DNA of 64,000 bases from the NCBI GenBank assembly GCA_000092065.1, contig CP000584.1. The stretch is one strand, 5' to 3'. The notes beneath the pieces are model-generated. The model was not told the origin of the DNA, did not search any database, and saw nothing but the letters and a program-made list of their open reading frames with translations. The DNA comes from Ostreococcus lucimarinus (Eukaryota). The translations under genes were made by a program, and so were the position numbers. Below, piece after piece: positions 18,635 to 28,231 of this stretch (the first letter of the stretch is position 1; every line of letters starts with the position of its first letter).

Positions 18635-19915
18635 ATGCTGAGCCACGCCATCGCGTTCAGTAACAACAAAGGAGGGTCCGGGAAGACGTTCATGGCGTTT
18701 CAGATCGCGTGCGAGGCCGCGAGGGCGCGGCCGGAGTCGAAAGTGTGCGTCATCGATTTCTCGCTGTACAGCGACATTAGCGCTTTGATGCTCGGCGGAA
18801 GCGCGCGCGAGGGGATCGGTGCGCCCATGCGCGGTCTGCAGACGTGCGTGGACATCACGGAGGCGGATAATCGCGCGGAAGGGCTGGTGCGCGCGCTGGA
18901 GGTGGCGGCGCAGGCGAGAGGGGAAGGGGACGAAGCGAGACGCGGCGAAAACGGCGGACGCGCGGGGCAGAGGAGCGTGTTCGGAACGTGGTTCTCGCGC
19001 GCGGGGAGCTCGGCGCAGTTGAAACACGAACCGCGAACGGATGTGGATTTGACGGATTTCATGATTCGTCCGCACGACGTGAACGAGGAAGTGCCGAAGA
19101 ACTTGTATCTGGTCGCCGGCGCCGGCACGGTGAGTTGGAATAGCGAGACGACGGCGATGGCGACGGATGATGAGATGGAGATTCCTTTGTGGGCGCGCAC
19201 GGGAGATGAGTGGGTTGGCGCTGGAGAAGTGTTTCGCGACGCCGTGCAGGCGTTGCCCGAGGCCTTTGACGCTATTTTTGTCGACACCGATCACTTGGCC
19301 GCGTGCGTGTTGACCAAGCTCGCGTTCGCCGCGATGGATTCCATCGTGATTCCTCTGAGTTACAACGACATGGATTTCAACCGCCTGTTCGCTGATATCA
19401 CCGGTAATGGATTGTTCACCGATGTTTTGCGGACGATGGACGAGCAAGGGCAGCTCCGAGCGCGCGTGAAGAAGTTTATGTTTACGCGCGTCGGGAGCAC
19501 GGCGAACGCTCCGCACAAGTCTCCGGGCGGCATCGCCTCGCCGTTCACTCCGACGAAAACGTCGACGGCTCAGATGGACGATATGGCGAGACAAATCTGG
19601 AGCGCGTGCGACCAGCCGCTGTACAAGGCGTTATTTGCAAACTTGGACGCTCTCGAAGCCGAGGGCGGGAACGTCGTGCAGTCCTTCATGACTGAATACT
19701 TTGGTATGTTCAAGCTCGTTCCAGAACTCGCCTCCCTGATCTCGACCATGAACGGTATCCCAGTGTGCGGCATGACCTCCAAGTCCTACACCGCCGCTAA
19801 TGGTCTGACTGGCTCCACCGGCTCGGCGGTTTTGAACAGCTTGAAGGCTGAGCTCGCGGCGAGCACGCAAACCATCTTGGACGCGCGATACAACGCCGCG
19901 ATTTCCTCCTCGTAA
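18635..19915 (+). CDS. ParA/MinD-superfamily P-loop ATPase (deviant Walker A) with long insertions and S/T-rich C-terminal region; no organellar presequence; track start 18629 is GTG
   Basis: 'MLSHAIAFSNNKGGSGKTFMAFQIACEAA' (xKGGxGK[ST] deviant Walker A with signature Lys), A' 'KVCVIDFSLYSD', Walker B-like 'FDAIFVDTDHLAACVLTKLAFAAMDSIVIPLSYNDMDF'; otherwise no recognisable eukaryotic ortholog. Confidence 0.65.
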   Translation: MLSHAIAFSNNKGGSGKTFMAFQIACEAARARPESKVCVIDFSLYSDISALMLGGSAREGIGAPMRGLQTCVDITEADNRAEGLVRALEVAAQARGEGDEARRGENGGRAGQRSVFGTWFSRAGSSAQLKHEPRTDVDLTDFMIRPHDVNEEVPKNLYLVAGAGTVSWNSETTAMATDDEMEIPLWARTGDEWVGAGEVFRDAVQALPEAFDAIFVDTDHLAACVLTKLAFAAMDSIVIPLSYNDMDFNRLFADITGNGLFTDVLRTMDEQGQLRARVKKFMFTRVGSTANAPHKSPGGIASPFTPTKTSTAQMDDMARQIWSACDQPLYKALFANLDALEAEGGNVVQSFMTEYFGMFKLVPELASLISTMNGIPVCGMTSKSYTAANGLTGSTGSAVLNSLKAELAASTQTILDARYNAAISSS

Positions 19916-20092
19916 TCCGAGCGGACGACGCAACCGTGAAGAATAAACACGCATAAACGAAAGTAGCCCGCGCGCCGCCGTACAGTCGGCGCGACTAGCG
20001 AACCATTGTAATCCACCAATTCCTGCATCGACCAGCCGCCGCGTCGTCGAGACGCGCCGCCCGCACACTTCGCCTGGCGCGCCGGTTCTTTC

Positions 20093-20824
20093 ATGCGAGT
20101 CAAGCGCGCGCGCAAGGTGCGAAAGTACCTGCGCTACTACCGCTCCGCGCACGGTTTTCGCGAGCCGTACAAGGTGATTTGCGACGGAAACTTCATCGCC
20201 GCCTGCGAAAAGCTCAACCTCGGCGACGCCAAAGACGTCGTCGCCAAGTACTTGGGCTCCAACGCGAAGGACGTCAAGGTGTTCACGACGCGATGCGTGC
20301 AAGAGGAGCTGCGAAACATGGGCCCGGAGTACAAGGGGGCGTCGATGCAGACGAAGAAGTTGCACCTGGTGGGCGGCGGACCGGCGCCGGGAGAGGCGAC
20401 GGCGGCGGCGTCCATCGTCGACGCGTGCGGGGCGAAGAACGAGGAACGATTCGTGGTGTGCACGCAAGACGATACATTGAAGGAGAAGTTGCGCGAGTGC
20501 GCGGGGGCGGTGCCGATTGTGTTCGCGCACACGAGTGGGTTGCAGATGGAGCCGCCGCCTGACGCGACGGCTGGGGGATTGACGTCGCAGCAGGAAGAGG
20601 TGCTGGGATTGAGCGCGGAGGAGCTGCGCGCGCTCGGGGTGGATGAACGCGAAGTGCGCGATGTGTACAAGGTTCGTACGAACGTCAAGTTCAAGAAGAA
20701 GTCGGGTGGGAAGAATCCGTTGAGTTGTTTGAAGAAGAAGCAAAAGGCGGCGCCGACGCCGACGCCGACGCAGGGTGGGGAGAAAAAGAAACGAGCTCGA
20801 CGCAAGAAAAAGAATAGCGAATGA
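20093..20824 (+). CDS. UTP23: rRNA-processing protein UTP23 (PIN-domain, Fcf1/Utp23 family)
   Basis: 'MRVKRARKVRKYLRYYRSAHGFREPYKVICDGNFIAA...' matches Utp23 N-terminus; basic C-terminal tail 'KKKQKAAPTPTPTQGGEKKKRARRKKK'; ATG verified. Confidence 0.72.
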   Translation: MRVKRARKVRKYLRYYRSAHGFREPYKVICDGNFIAACEKLNLGDAKDVVAKYLGSNAKDVKVFTTRCVQEELRNMGPEYKGASMQTKKLHLVGGGPAPGEATAAASIVDACGAKNEERFVVCTQDDTLKEKLRECAGAVPIVFAHTSGLQMEPPPDATAGGLTSQQEEVLGLSAEELRALGVDEREVRDVYKVRTNVKFKKKSGGKNPLSCLKKKQKAAPTPTPTQGGEKKKRARRKKKNSE

Positions 20825-20923
20825 TTCTCGCGAGTAGCAATCGCGTGGGATGAATGGGTAGTGTGTATATTACGAGAACTAAAACATGTTTGATCCTCCA
20901 CGAACGCGAAAATCATTTCGCTA

Positions 20924-21970
20924 TTAATCCGCATCCATGTCGGCCGGACCCTTGCCACTTTCGATCGTTGCTTTCGATTCCGTGATCGCCGCGCGCAGTT
21001 CTTCAAACATCTCCAACGCCGCTTCGTCGCCCCCGCGTTGACGCACTATCTCTTCGCCCTGTTCCAAGTGTTCCAACGCGACGTCAAACTCGAGCGCGCC
21101 GTGATGCGCGTACGCGAGCATGTACCAAACGTCAACGTTGTCGTCACGCTCGCGAAGAAGTTCACAGAGAATGTCGATAGCAATCTCGGTCGTGGTGTCC
21201 AGTTCAAGTAACAGCTTGGCGGTCTCGAACCTAAACTCAAAAGATACGTTGAACTCGTGTTGAAACTCTTCGGCGCCGTTTTCTTCGTCCTCGTCCCGAT
21301 GCATCGCCCCTTGACGCCACATCTGTATGGATTCCTTCAAAATCTTCAGCGCTTCGTCGGTTTTTCCTTGTTCGTTTCTCAAGCTCGCTAACAGCTGCAA
21401 AGGCTCCGCCGAGACCGGATCGCTCGCTTTCGCGCGATTTATCAACTCCTCCACCTGAGCGCTCGTCTCCGCGTCCATCTCATCAGCCGTCCCGAGAATT
21501 TGCTCCGCCAGCGCACAACACGCCGAAGCGTGCGCACCTTGCGCGTCTTCATCACCCTTGTGCGCCTGTGCCTCTAATATCGCCAACCCTTGTCTCGTAC
21601 ACTTCGTCGCCGCCTCGCCGTCGTCCAGCAACTGCCCCAGATACATAAACTTTTCGTACCCTTCCGTCGGCGACAGCATCGCCGCTCGTTTCAGCGCCGC
21701 GATCGCCTCTTCTTGCGTTCCAAACTCCGCGAGCGTCATCGCCAGCGTCTCCGCCAGCGACGCATCATTCGGATGTTTCTTCGCCTCGGCGCGCAGCGTC
21801 GCGAGGCCCTCGTCGACGCGACCGTCCTCGATCGCCGCGTACGCCCCCTCGATCGCGCCCTCGATCGCGACGACGCGCGACGTCGTCGCCCCCCTCGGCG
21901 GTCCCGATTTCGCCTGTTTCGCCACTCCCGGCTTCGCCGCGCGCCGTCTCCCGCCTTGGCGCGCGCCCAT
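20924..21970 (-). CDS. acidic TPR-repeat protein (possibly ribosomal-protein chaperone Acl4-like); listed 479-aa ORF trimmed to ATG 21970
   Basis: 'MGARQGGRRRAAKPGVAKQ...' then TPR-like helices '...EEAIAALKRAAMLSPTEGYEKFMYLGQLLDDGE...DVWYMLAYAHHGALEFDVALEHLEQGEEI'; ATG lies in CCATGG palindrome shared with FKBP ORF. Confidence 0.55.
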   Translation of the reverse strand: MGARQGGRRRAAKPGVAKQAKSGPPRGATTSRVVAIEGAIEGAYAAIEDGRVDEGLATLRAEAKKHPNDASLAETLAMTLAEFGTQEEAIAALKRAAMLSPTEGYEKFMYLGQLLDDGEAATKCTRQGLAILEAQAHKGDEDAQGAHASACCALAEQILGTADEMDAETSAQVEELINRAKASDPVSAEPLQLLASLRNEQGKTDEALKILKESIQMWRQGAMHRDEDEENGAEEFQHEFNVSFEFRFETAKLLLELDTTTEIAIDILCELLRERDDNVDVWYMLAYAHHGALEFDVALEHLEQGEEIVRQRGGDEAALEMFEELRAAITESKATIESGKGPADMDAD

Positions 21971-21986
21971 GGTCGCGGTCGGAGCA

Positions 21987-22649
21987 ATGGAACTCCGAAT
22001 TCGATTTCGACTTCGCGTCGCCTCGCGCGCGTTCGACGGCGCCCCGCGCGCCGCCGCTCGACCCGCGCGCGACGCGCGCGCGCGCTCGACGCTCGCTCGC
22101 GCGCGACCGCGCGCGTGCGTGCGAGACGCGGTGCGACGCGCAATGCCGCCGACGCCGAGTGGCGGCGGCAGAATGACGCTCGCCGGCGTCGCGACCGCGC
22201 CGCGCGCGCTCGCGGACACGCGACGGGCGACGATGGCGAAGACGATCGTCGGCGCGCTCGCGCCGCTCGTCGCGGCGCGCGCGCGCGCGAGCGACGGCGT
22301 CGTGATCGTGGAAGAAACCGTCGGTCGCGGCGTCGAGGTGCTCGCCGGCGTCGACGTCGTCAAGGTGAATTACACCGTCGCGCTCGCGTCGAGCAAGGCG
22401 AGGGTCGACTCGGCAAAGTTTTTCGTCTTCGGCGTCGGCGCCGGAGAGGTGGTCGAAGGATTCGACGCGATCGTGGGCGGGGACGGGGCGACGCCGCCGA
22501 TGCGCGTCGGCGGCGCGCGAAGAGCGGTGGTGCCGGCGGCGCTGGCGTACGGCGATCGCGGCGCGGGGTGCGATAAGACGGGAAATGCGTGTTCGATTCC
22601 GCCAGGGGAAGATTTAGAGTTCACCGTGGAGCTTTTAGAGGTCAAGTGA
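21987..22649 (+). CDS. FKBP-type peptidyl-prolyl isomerase with plastid + twin-arginine lumen-targeting presequence (alternative start 21969 overlapping the divergent TPR ATG)
   Basis: C-terminal FKBP domain 'DVVKVNYTVALASSKARVDSAKFFVFGVGAGEVVEGFDAIVGG...MRVGGARRAVVPAALAYGDRG...IPPGEDLEFTVELLEVK'; 'TRRATMAKTIVGALAPLVAARARA|SDG' Tat-type signal; R/A/S-rich leader. Confidence 0.72.
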   Translation: MELRIRFRLRVASRAFDGAPRAAARPARDARARSTLARARPRACVRDAVRRAMPPTPSGGGRMTLAGVATAPRALADTRRATMAKTIVGALAPLVAARARASDGVVIVEETVGRGVEVLAGVDVVKVNYTVALASSKARVDSAKFFVFGVGAGEVVEGFDAIVGGDGATPPMRVGGARRAVVPAALAYGDRGAGCDKTGNACSIPPGEDLEFTVELLEVK

Positions 22650-22682
22650 CGCGGCGCGCGTTGCTTTGTAAATTACAGCGAC

Positions 22683-23945
22683 TCAACGCGCGGAGAGACT
22701 GGCGCACGCTTTTTGCGCGGCGTCGTCGAGGTCTTCGGCGGTGACGATGGTCATCCCGGACGACTTGAGAATCTTGTTCCCAGCCTCGACGTTCGTTCCC
22801 TCTAATCGCACGATGAGCGGGACTTTGAGATCGACTTGCTTGGCCGCGGCGACGATGCCGGCGGCGATGACGTCGCACTTCATGATGCCGCCGAAAATGT
22901 TCACCAAGATGGCTTGAACTTTCGGGTCGGCGGTCAAAATCTTGAAAGCTTCGACGACTTGCTCTTCGCTCGCGTTCCCGCCGACGTCGAGGAAATTCGC
23001 GGGCGAACCTCCGTAGAGTTGGATGATGTCCATGGTCGCCATGGCCAAACCCGCTCCGTTCACCATGCATCCGATGTTGCCGTCCAATCCGATGTAGTTC
23101 AAGTCGAATTTGCTCGCCTGCACCTCGCGCGGATCTTCCTGCGATGTATCGCGAAGGGAGAACAACTCGCTCTGTCGATATTCGGCGTTGTCGTCGAAGT
23201 TTAACTTGGCGTCCGCGGCGACGACGCGTCCGTCTTGATCCTCCGCGAGCGGATTCACCTCGATCATCGTGCAGTCGGTCTTGGAGAACGTTTCGTACAA
23301 CCCCATGAGTTGTTTCGCCGCCTCATCGACGTGTTTCAAAATTCCGAGTCGTTTCACCAGCTCGTCCGCCTGCGTCTTCGTCATCCCGCGCTCGATGTCC
23401 AACCGCATCTTAATAATCTTCTCCGGATGACTCTGCGCCAAGTCCTCGATCGACGTGCCGCCCTCCGCGCTCGCGATCACCAACGGTCCCGCGCTCGCCC
23501 TATCGAGCGTGATCGCGAAGTACATCTCCCGCGTCAGCGTCATTTTCTCCGCCACGTACACCACGTTCACCGGTTTCCCCGCCGGTCCGCTCTGTTTCGT
23601 CACCAACGTCCCCCCCAGCATCTTCGCCGCCGTCTCTCGCGCGCGCGTCTTCGCCACCGCGTGCACCCCTCCCTCGAACCCGCTCGCGAACGTCCCGAGT
23701 CCGCGCCCACCGGCGAGGATCTGCGACTTCACCACCACCTCGTCTCCGCGCATCGCGCGCGCGGCGTCGTCGACCTCGTCCAGCGTCCCGCACGCCGCGC
23801 CGATCGGCACGCGCACGCCAAACTTCTTCATGATTTCCGCGCCTTGGTACTCGTGCACGTGCAGCGCGCGCCGCGCGACGCGCGTCCACGGCGCGCGTTC
23901 GCGCGTCGCGCGTCGCGCGATCGCGATCGCGATCGCGCGCGACAT
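22683..23945 (-). CDS. SUCLA2: succinyl-CoA ligase [ADP-forming] beta subunit, mitochondrial
   Basis: 420 aa; '[20 protein letters not shown]...[16 protein letters not shown]...[11 protein letters not shown]...[44 protein letters not shown]' ATP-grasp + CoA-ligase; presequence '[17 protein letters not shown]'; ATG verified. Confidence 0.93.
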   Translation of the reverse strand: MSRAIAIAIARRATRERAPWTRVARRALHVHEYQGAEIMKKFGVRVPIGAACGTLDEVDDAARAMRGDEVVVKSQILAGGRGLGTFASGFEGGVHAVAKTRARETAAKMLGGTLVTKQSGPAGKPVNVVYVAEKMTLTREMYFAITLDRASAGPLVIASAEGGTSIEDLAQSHPEKIIKMRLDIERGMTKTQADELVKRLGILKHVDEAAKQLMGLYETFSKTDCTMIEVNPLAEDQDGRVVAADAKLNFDDNAEYRQSELFSLRDTSQEDPREVQASKFDLNYIGLDGNIGCMVNGAGLAMATMDIIQLYGGSPANFLDVGGNASEEQVVEAFKILTADPKVQAILVNIFGGIMKCDVIAAGIVAAAKQVDLKVPLIVRLEGTNVEAGNKILKSSGMTIVTAEDLDDAAQKACASLSAR

Positions 23946-24037
23946 CGTCGGCGCGCGAGGGAGTGACGCGCGATCGCGATCGCGCGGGCGTAACGACTTT
24001 GCACCGCGCGGGCGTCACTCGTCGACGCGCGCGCGCG

Positions 24038-24370
24038 ATGGCGACGTCGGCGCGCGACGTCGGCGCGAGGGACGACTCGCGAGACGCGGTGACGGCGTTC
24101 GCGAGCGCGGGGGCGGCGTCGCTCGCGAGCGCGGTGTATTTCTGGAGGAAACGCGCGACGATGCCTTTTAAAATCAGCGCCGCGGCGACGTGGTTGACCG
24201 CGGGACCGGCGGCGGTGCTGTGGTACGCCCCGTCGCGGGCGTCGCTGGAGCGGGAGTTGGCGGAGAAGGCGGCGGCGCGAGGGGCGAGCGCGCGCGAGGA
24301 CGCGATACGGCGCGACGGGGTCGCGGCGGCGAGGACGCTGTTGGAGAAGAGAGCGAGCGAGGAAAGCTAG
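24038..24370 (+). CDS. small (111 aa) two-TM membrane protein, unknown function; track start 23963 is GTG
   Basis: strong GC3 bias; 'AVTAFASAGAASLASAVYFW' and 'ISAAATWLTAGPAAVLWYA' hydrophobic helices then 'ELAEKAAARGASAREDAIRRD'; no homolog recognised. Confidence 0.4.
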   Translation: MATSARDVGARDDSRDAVTAFASAGAASLASAVYFWRKRATMPFKISAAATWLTAGPAAVLWYAPSRASLERELAEKAAARGASAREDAIRRDGVAAARTLLEKRASEES

Positions 24371-24376
24371 GAGAAA

Positions 24377-25369
24377 CTACGGGTGGGCTAGACTATTCGC
24401 GGCGCGCTGTTCGCCCGCCGCGCAGCGGGAACACGCGCAATCGAAGGCGTAGGAATTCGCGAGACGCGCGCGTCTGGCGTCGCGCGGAGAATCGGCGTCC
24501 ACGTACGTTATCGTGAGCTCTTCGCCCGGAGCGATTTCGCGAAGCGCGCGAATCGTGAGCGACGAATCGCCGTTTTCCCAGTGCGTGTGACAGTTGGGCG
24601 CGCACGAGTGATTGAGTAGGGACACGTACTTGTATACCGCCGAACCCGACGCGGTGCCTTGCGTGATGGCGTCCAATCCGGCGGATAGGACGTCCTTGAA
24701 ATCCGTCGTCGACGCCGCGGCGTCGACTGGAATTTCCACTCGGAACGAGTTTAAATGAAGACGGGACGTGATTCCGGCGTACCACGCGGGTGTGATGATA
24801 TCTTTCCCCGCGTCGCCGAATGCTCGTCGCAACACATCGCACTCTTCGAGCCACTGCGCGGGCGGATTGGTTTCCACGTCGTTCGCCGCGCACAACCATT
24901 CCAGCGTGCTCTTGTTCAACGCTCCGCTGGCGATCATAGACGCCGCTCTGGCGGTGATCAAAGGAAATTTTAAACCACCATTCTTTTCGCAGTACGCTTC
25001 GAGCTCGCTCAAATCCACCCCGTGCGTCTTTTCGAAATCGCCGTACGCCAATCGACGCGCGTCGGCGCACGATTCGCACGTCGCCCCGCCCGCGGACGCC
25101 CGCAAGCACCACTCGCACCTCGATCGCGCGTTGTCCATGGTTCTGTGCCACATCAACGGTCTTTCCCGCGATATGACCGCCTCGTTCGCCGCCAGCGCGC
25201 GCGCGGCGTACGCCCCTCGCCCCGAACGCGCCGTCGCGCCGATGAAGAACGCATCCTCGGCCCCGTACGTGGGCACGCTTTTCGACGCATCCGTGCGATG
25301 CGAGCGCGCGTCCGACCGCCGCGCGCGCGCGCGAGAAGCTCTCGCGCACCGCCGCGCCGCCGCGCGCAT
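24377..25369 (-). CDS. SET + MYND zinc-finger (SMYD-like) protein-lysine methyltransferase; track start 25459 is GTG
   Basis: 'GRGAYAARALAANEAVISRERPL' (N-SET), MYND 'CEWCLRASAGGATCESCADARRLAYGD', 'NHSCAPNCHTHWENGDSSLTIRALREIAPGEELTITY' SET core, Cys-rich post-SET 'FDCACSRCAAGE'. Confidence 0.8.
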   Translation of the reverse strand: MRAAARRCARASRARARRSDARSHRTDASKSVPTYGAEDAFFIGATARSGRGAYAARALAANEAVISRERPLMWHRTMDNARSRCEWCLRASAGGATCESCADARRLAYGDFEKTHGVDLSELEAYCEKNGGLKFPLITARAASMIASGALNKSTLEWLCAANDVETNPPAQWLEECDVLRRAFGDAGKDIITPAWYAGITSRLHLNSFRVEIPVDAAASTTDFKDVLSAGLDAITQGTASGSAVYKYVSLLNHSCAPNCHTHWENGDSSLTIRALREIAPGEELTITYVDADSPRDARRARLANSYAFDCACSRCAAGEQRAANSLAHP

Positions 25370-25494
25370 GCGATCGCGCTCGGCGATGCGCTCTGCGGCG
25401 CCGCGCGCGCGAGCGTTGGATGACTGACAATGGATAACGCGGGAAACGAGACGGCACACCTCGACGCCGCGCTCGCGAGCGATCGCGCGCCGCG

Positions 25495-26712
25495 ATGACC
25501 GTCGCGCGAACGATGCAAACCTCGCCCGTCGTCCGCGCGCGCGCGACGACGCTCGCGAAGCGCTCGAACCGACGCGCGGCGACGAAAACGATCGTCACGC
25601 GCGCGAGCGCGGGCGACGCCTGGGGACCGTGCTCGTGCCACGGCGGCGCGCATCTCTCGAGCGAGCGCAAGGCTGAGCTCGAGGCGGTGTGCGCGGCGAT
25701 CGGACAGGCGGGGAAAGGGATCACGGCGTGCGATGAGGGACCGGGGACGATCGGGATGCGGTTCGAGAACGTGGGGGTGACGAATACGGAGGAAAACCGA
25801 CGGGCGTATCGACAAATGTTGTTCGAAACGCCCGGGGCGAACAAGTACCTGAGCGCGGCTATTTTGGACCCGGAAACGTTGTATCAAAAGAGCACGACGA
25901 ACGGGAAGCTGTTCCCGGAGGTGCTGAGCGAACTCGGCATCGTGCCGGGCGTGAAACCGCACTTGAAGGTGTACGCGCTGCCGGGCCAGAGCGGAGCGAC
26001 GGTGATGCAAGGCTTGGACTCGCTCGCGGTGCGATTGCAAGAGTACAAAGACGCCGGGTGCAAATTCGCCAAATGGCGCTCGCCGTTGGAGATTGACTTG
26101 GCCACCGGTCAGCCGAGCGAGCTCACCATCGAGACGAACATGAAGGATTTGGCGCGATACGCGTTGATTTGCCAAGACGTCGGCTTGGTGCCGATCGTGG
26201 AGCCGGATATTTCTCTCAAGGGTGATCACGACCTTGAGACCGCGGTTCGCGTGAACGTCAAGGTGCAGAGCATGCTGTTCAAGTCGATGCTCGACCACGG
26301 CGTGTACATGGAAGGCGCGCTCCTCAAGTCCAACATGGTGAACCCGGGTAAGAAGTGCAAGACCAACTACACCGTGGACGAACTCGCGATTGCGAATCTG
26401 CAAGTCTTCCGTCGATGCTTCCCGACCGCCATGGTGAGCGCCAACTTCTTGTCCGGCGGCCAATCGCTCGAAGACGCCGCTGCTCGCCTCGATGCCATCA
26501 ACAAGCACAAGTCCGCGAAGGATCCTTGGAACTTGTCTTTCTCCTGGTCTGCGGCGCTGCAGATGCCACTTTTCGAGCTTTGCCGAGGTAAGACTGAGCT
26601 TCCGCTCAAGGAGATGGGTGACTTGTACATCGCCGAATTGGAAAAGGCAGGCGCCGCCGCGCTCGGCCAATATTCGCGCAACGGCAAGGAGGGCGACCAC
26701 TCCGCCAAGTAA
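25495..26712 (+). CDS. FBA: fructose-bisphosphate aldolase, class I, with about 55-aa plastid transit-like extension
   Basis: 405 aa; 'GKGITACDEGPGTIGMRFENVGV...LFETPGANKYLSAAILDPETL...VLSELGIVPGVKPHLKVYALPGQSGATVMQGLDSL...ALLKSNMVNPG' canonical class I aldolase; ATG verified. Confidence 0.95.
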   Translation: MTVARTMQTSPVVRARATTLAKRSNRRAATKTIVTRASAGDAWGPCSCHGGAHLSSERKAELEAVCAAIGQAGKGITACDEGPGTIGMRFENVGVTNTEENRRAYRQMLFETPGANKYLSAAILDPETLYQKSTTNGKLFPEVLSELGIVPGVKPHLKVYALPGQSGATVMQGLDSLAVRLQEYKDAGCKFAKWRSPLEIDLATGQPSELTIETNMKDLARYALICQDVGLVPIVEPDISLKGDHDLETAVRVNVKVQSMLFKSMLDHGVYMEGALLKSNMVNPGKKCKTNYTVDELAIANLQVFRRCFPTAMVSANFLSGGQSLEDAAARLDAINKHKSAKDPWNLSFSWSAALQMPLFELCRGKTELPLKEMGDLYIAELEKAGAAALGQYSRNGKEGDHSAK

Positions 26713-26936
26713 GACGGCGTCGTACCACCACCGTCGCGAGTGATATCATATCATATCGAAAATCTCGCGTACGTCGCGCGTATCCCGTATTTTTAATACA
26801 CGCATCCTCTACCTGCCTCTCGCACCGTCGCTCGCTCGACCAAAAAGCGCATCCAGCAGCGACCATCTTTATCCACGTCATTCACGCGCGCGAGCGGTGC
26901 AGGTCTGCGATCCAATCGCCTAACACGCGTGTCGCA

Positions 26937-28184
26937 ATGTTCGCTCCGTCAATTTCGCGCGCGACGCCGTGTGTGGCGCTCGAGCGCGCCACGACAACGC
27001 GACGAACCACCCGCAGACGTCATCACAACACGCGCGCATCGACGCCCGATGACGCGTCCGCGCCGCCTGCGCTCGCGCGTTCGCGGCGCGACTTCGTTCG
27101 CGACGCTGTTTTACTGTCGACGCTCGGCGTTGGGCTCGCGGCGCGCGCGGATGCGGACGTCGACGTCGACGTCGCGCCCGCGGCGGCGACGAAGACGCCG
27201 TGCGTGCTGATAACCGGCGCCAATTCAGGCGTGGGGTACACGGCGGCGAAACAGATCGCCGCGCAGGGCAAGACAGTCGTTATCGCGTGCAGAAGCGTGC
27301 ATAAGGCTGAGCAAGCGGCTCGAGAGTTGAAGGAAGACGTCGGCGCGAACGCGAAGGTGGTGACGCTGCCAGTCGGTTTGGAACTCACGGATTTGGCGAG
27401 CGTGCGCGAGTATGCGCTCGCGTTTTTAGATCGTTCGGATTTGGCACTCGAGGCATTGGTGTGTAACGCCGGGATCATGGCGGCGCCGTTGGAGCGCACC
27501 ACGCAAGGACACGAATTGCACTTCGGTATTAACCATTTGGGACATTTTTTACTCGCCGACGCGCTGACGCCGGCGTTGAGAGAAACCAAAGGGCGCGTCG
27601 TGAGCGTATCGAGTTTGCTCTCGATGATTGGCGATTTCGCGTTGGACTTAGACGACTTAGATTGGAACAGACGCGAGTACGACCCTTGGTACGCGTACGG
27701 TGCGTCGAAGGCGCAAAACGTCTTGTTCGCCGACGAATTCGCTCGCCGCGAAGGCAAGAATGGTATCGTGGCGAACAGTTTGCACCCAGGAATCGTAACG
27801 ACCAATTTAGTCCGTTATTCGGTGCCCGACTTGGTGCAGTCCAAGCGTGATTTGGCGAAAGAGCGCGAGAGCTTCGCGGGGCGACTCGCGGCGAAAGCTG
27901 GCATTCGCAACCCGGACGAAGGCGGCCGGACGTCCGTCTGGCTCGCCACTTCCGATGCCGCGGCGAAAGAAACCGGCAAGTTCTTCATTGATCCTGGTTT
28001 GGTTTACCCGGGTGCCACGCGCGCGCAACTCGTCGAAGCTGGCGACTGGTTCTTGTCGAGTGGTACCGAGTTTTTGGCGCCGCAGCTCGGGATGCCGGAA
28101 AAATTGTTTGAATGGCGCACCGAGGCTAACGCGACCGCGCTCTGGTCAAAGTCGCAAGAGATGGTGAGCAAGTACACAATCTAG
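26937..28184 (+). CDS. short-chain dehydrogenase/reductase (RDH/WWOX/TIC32-like) with N-terminal targeting/anchor segment
   Basis: 'VLITGANSGVGYTAAKQIAAQGKTVVIACRSVHKAEQAAREL...LVCNAGIMAAP...YAYGASKAQNVLFADEFARRE...SLHPGIVTTNL' (TGxxxGxG, NAG, YxxxK); leader 'SRRDFVRDAVLLSTLGVGLAARADA' RR-type. Confidence 0.85.
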   Translation: MFAPSISRATPCVALERATTTRRTTRRRHHNTRASTPDDASAPPALARSRRDFVRDAVLLSTLGVGLAARADADVDVDVAPAAATKTPCVLITGANSGVGYTAAKQIAAQGKTVVIACRSVHKAEQAARELKEDVGANAKVVTLPVGLELTDLASVREYALAFLDRSDLALEALVCNAGIMAAPLERTTQGHELHFGINHLGHFLLADALTPALRETKGRVVSVSSLLSMIGDFALDLDDLDWNRREYDPWYAYGASKAQNVLFADEFARREGKNGIVANSLHPGIVTTNLVRYSVPDLVQSKRDLAKERESFAGRLAAKAGIRNPDEGGRTSVWLATSDAAAKETGKFFIDPGLVYPGATRAQLVEAGDWFLSSGTEFLAPQLGMPEKLFEWRTEANATALWSKSQEMVSKYTI

Positions 28185-28231
28185 TCTTCGCAATTAAATA
28201 CAGCACATTGACGCCGCGCGTCTACCAACGT

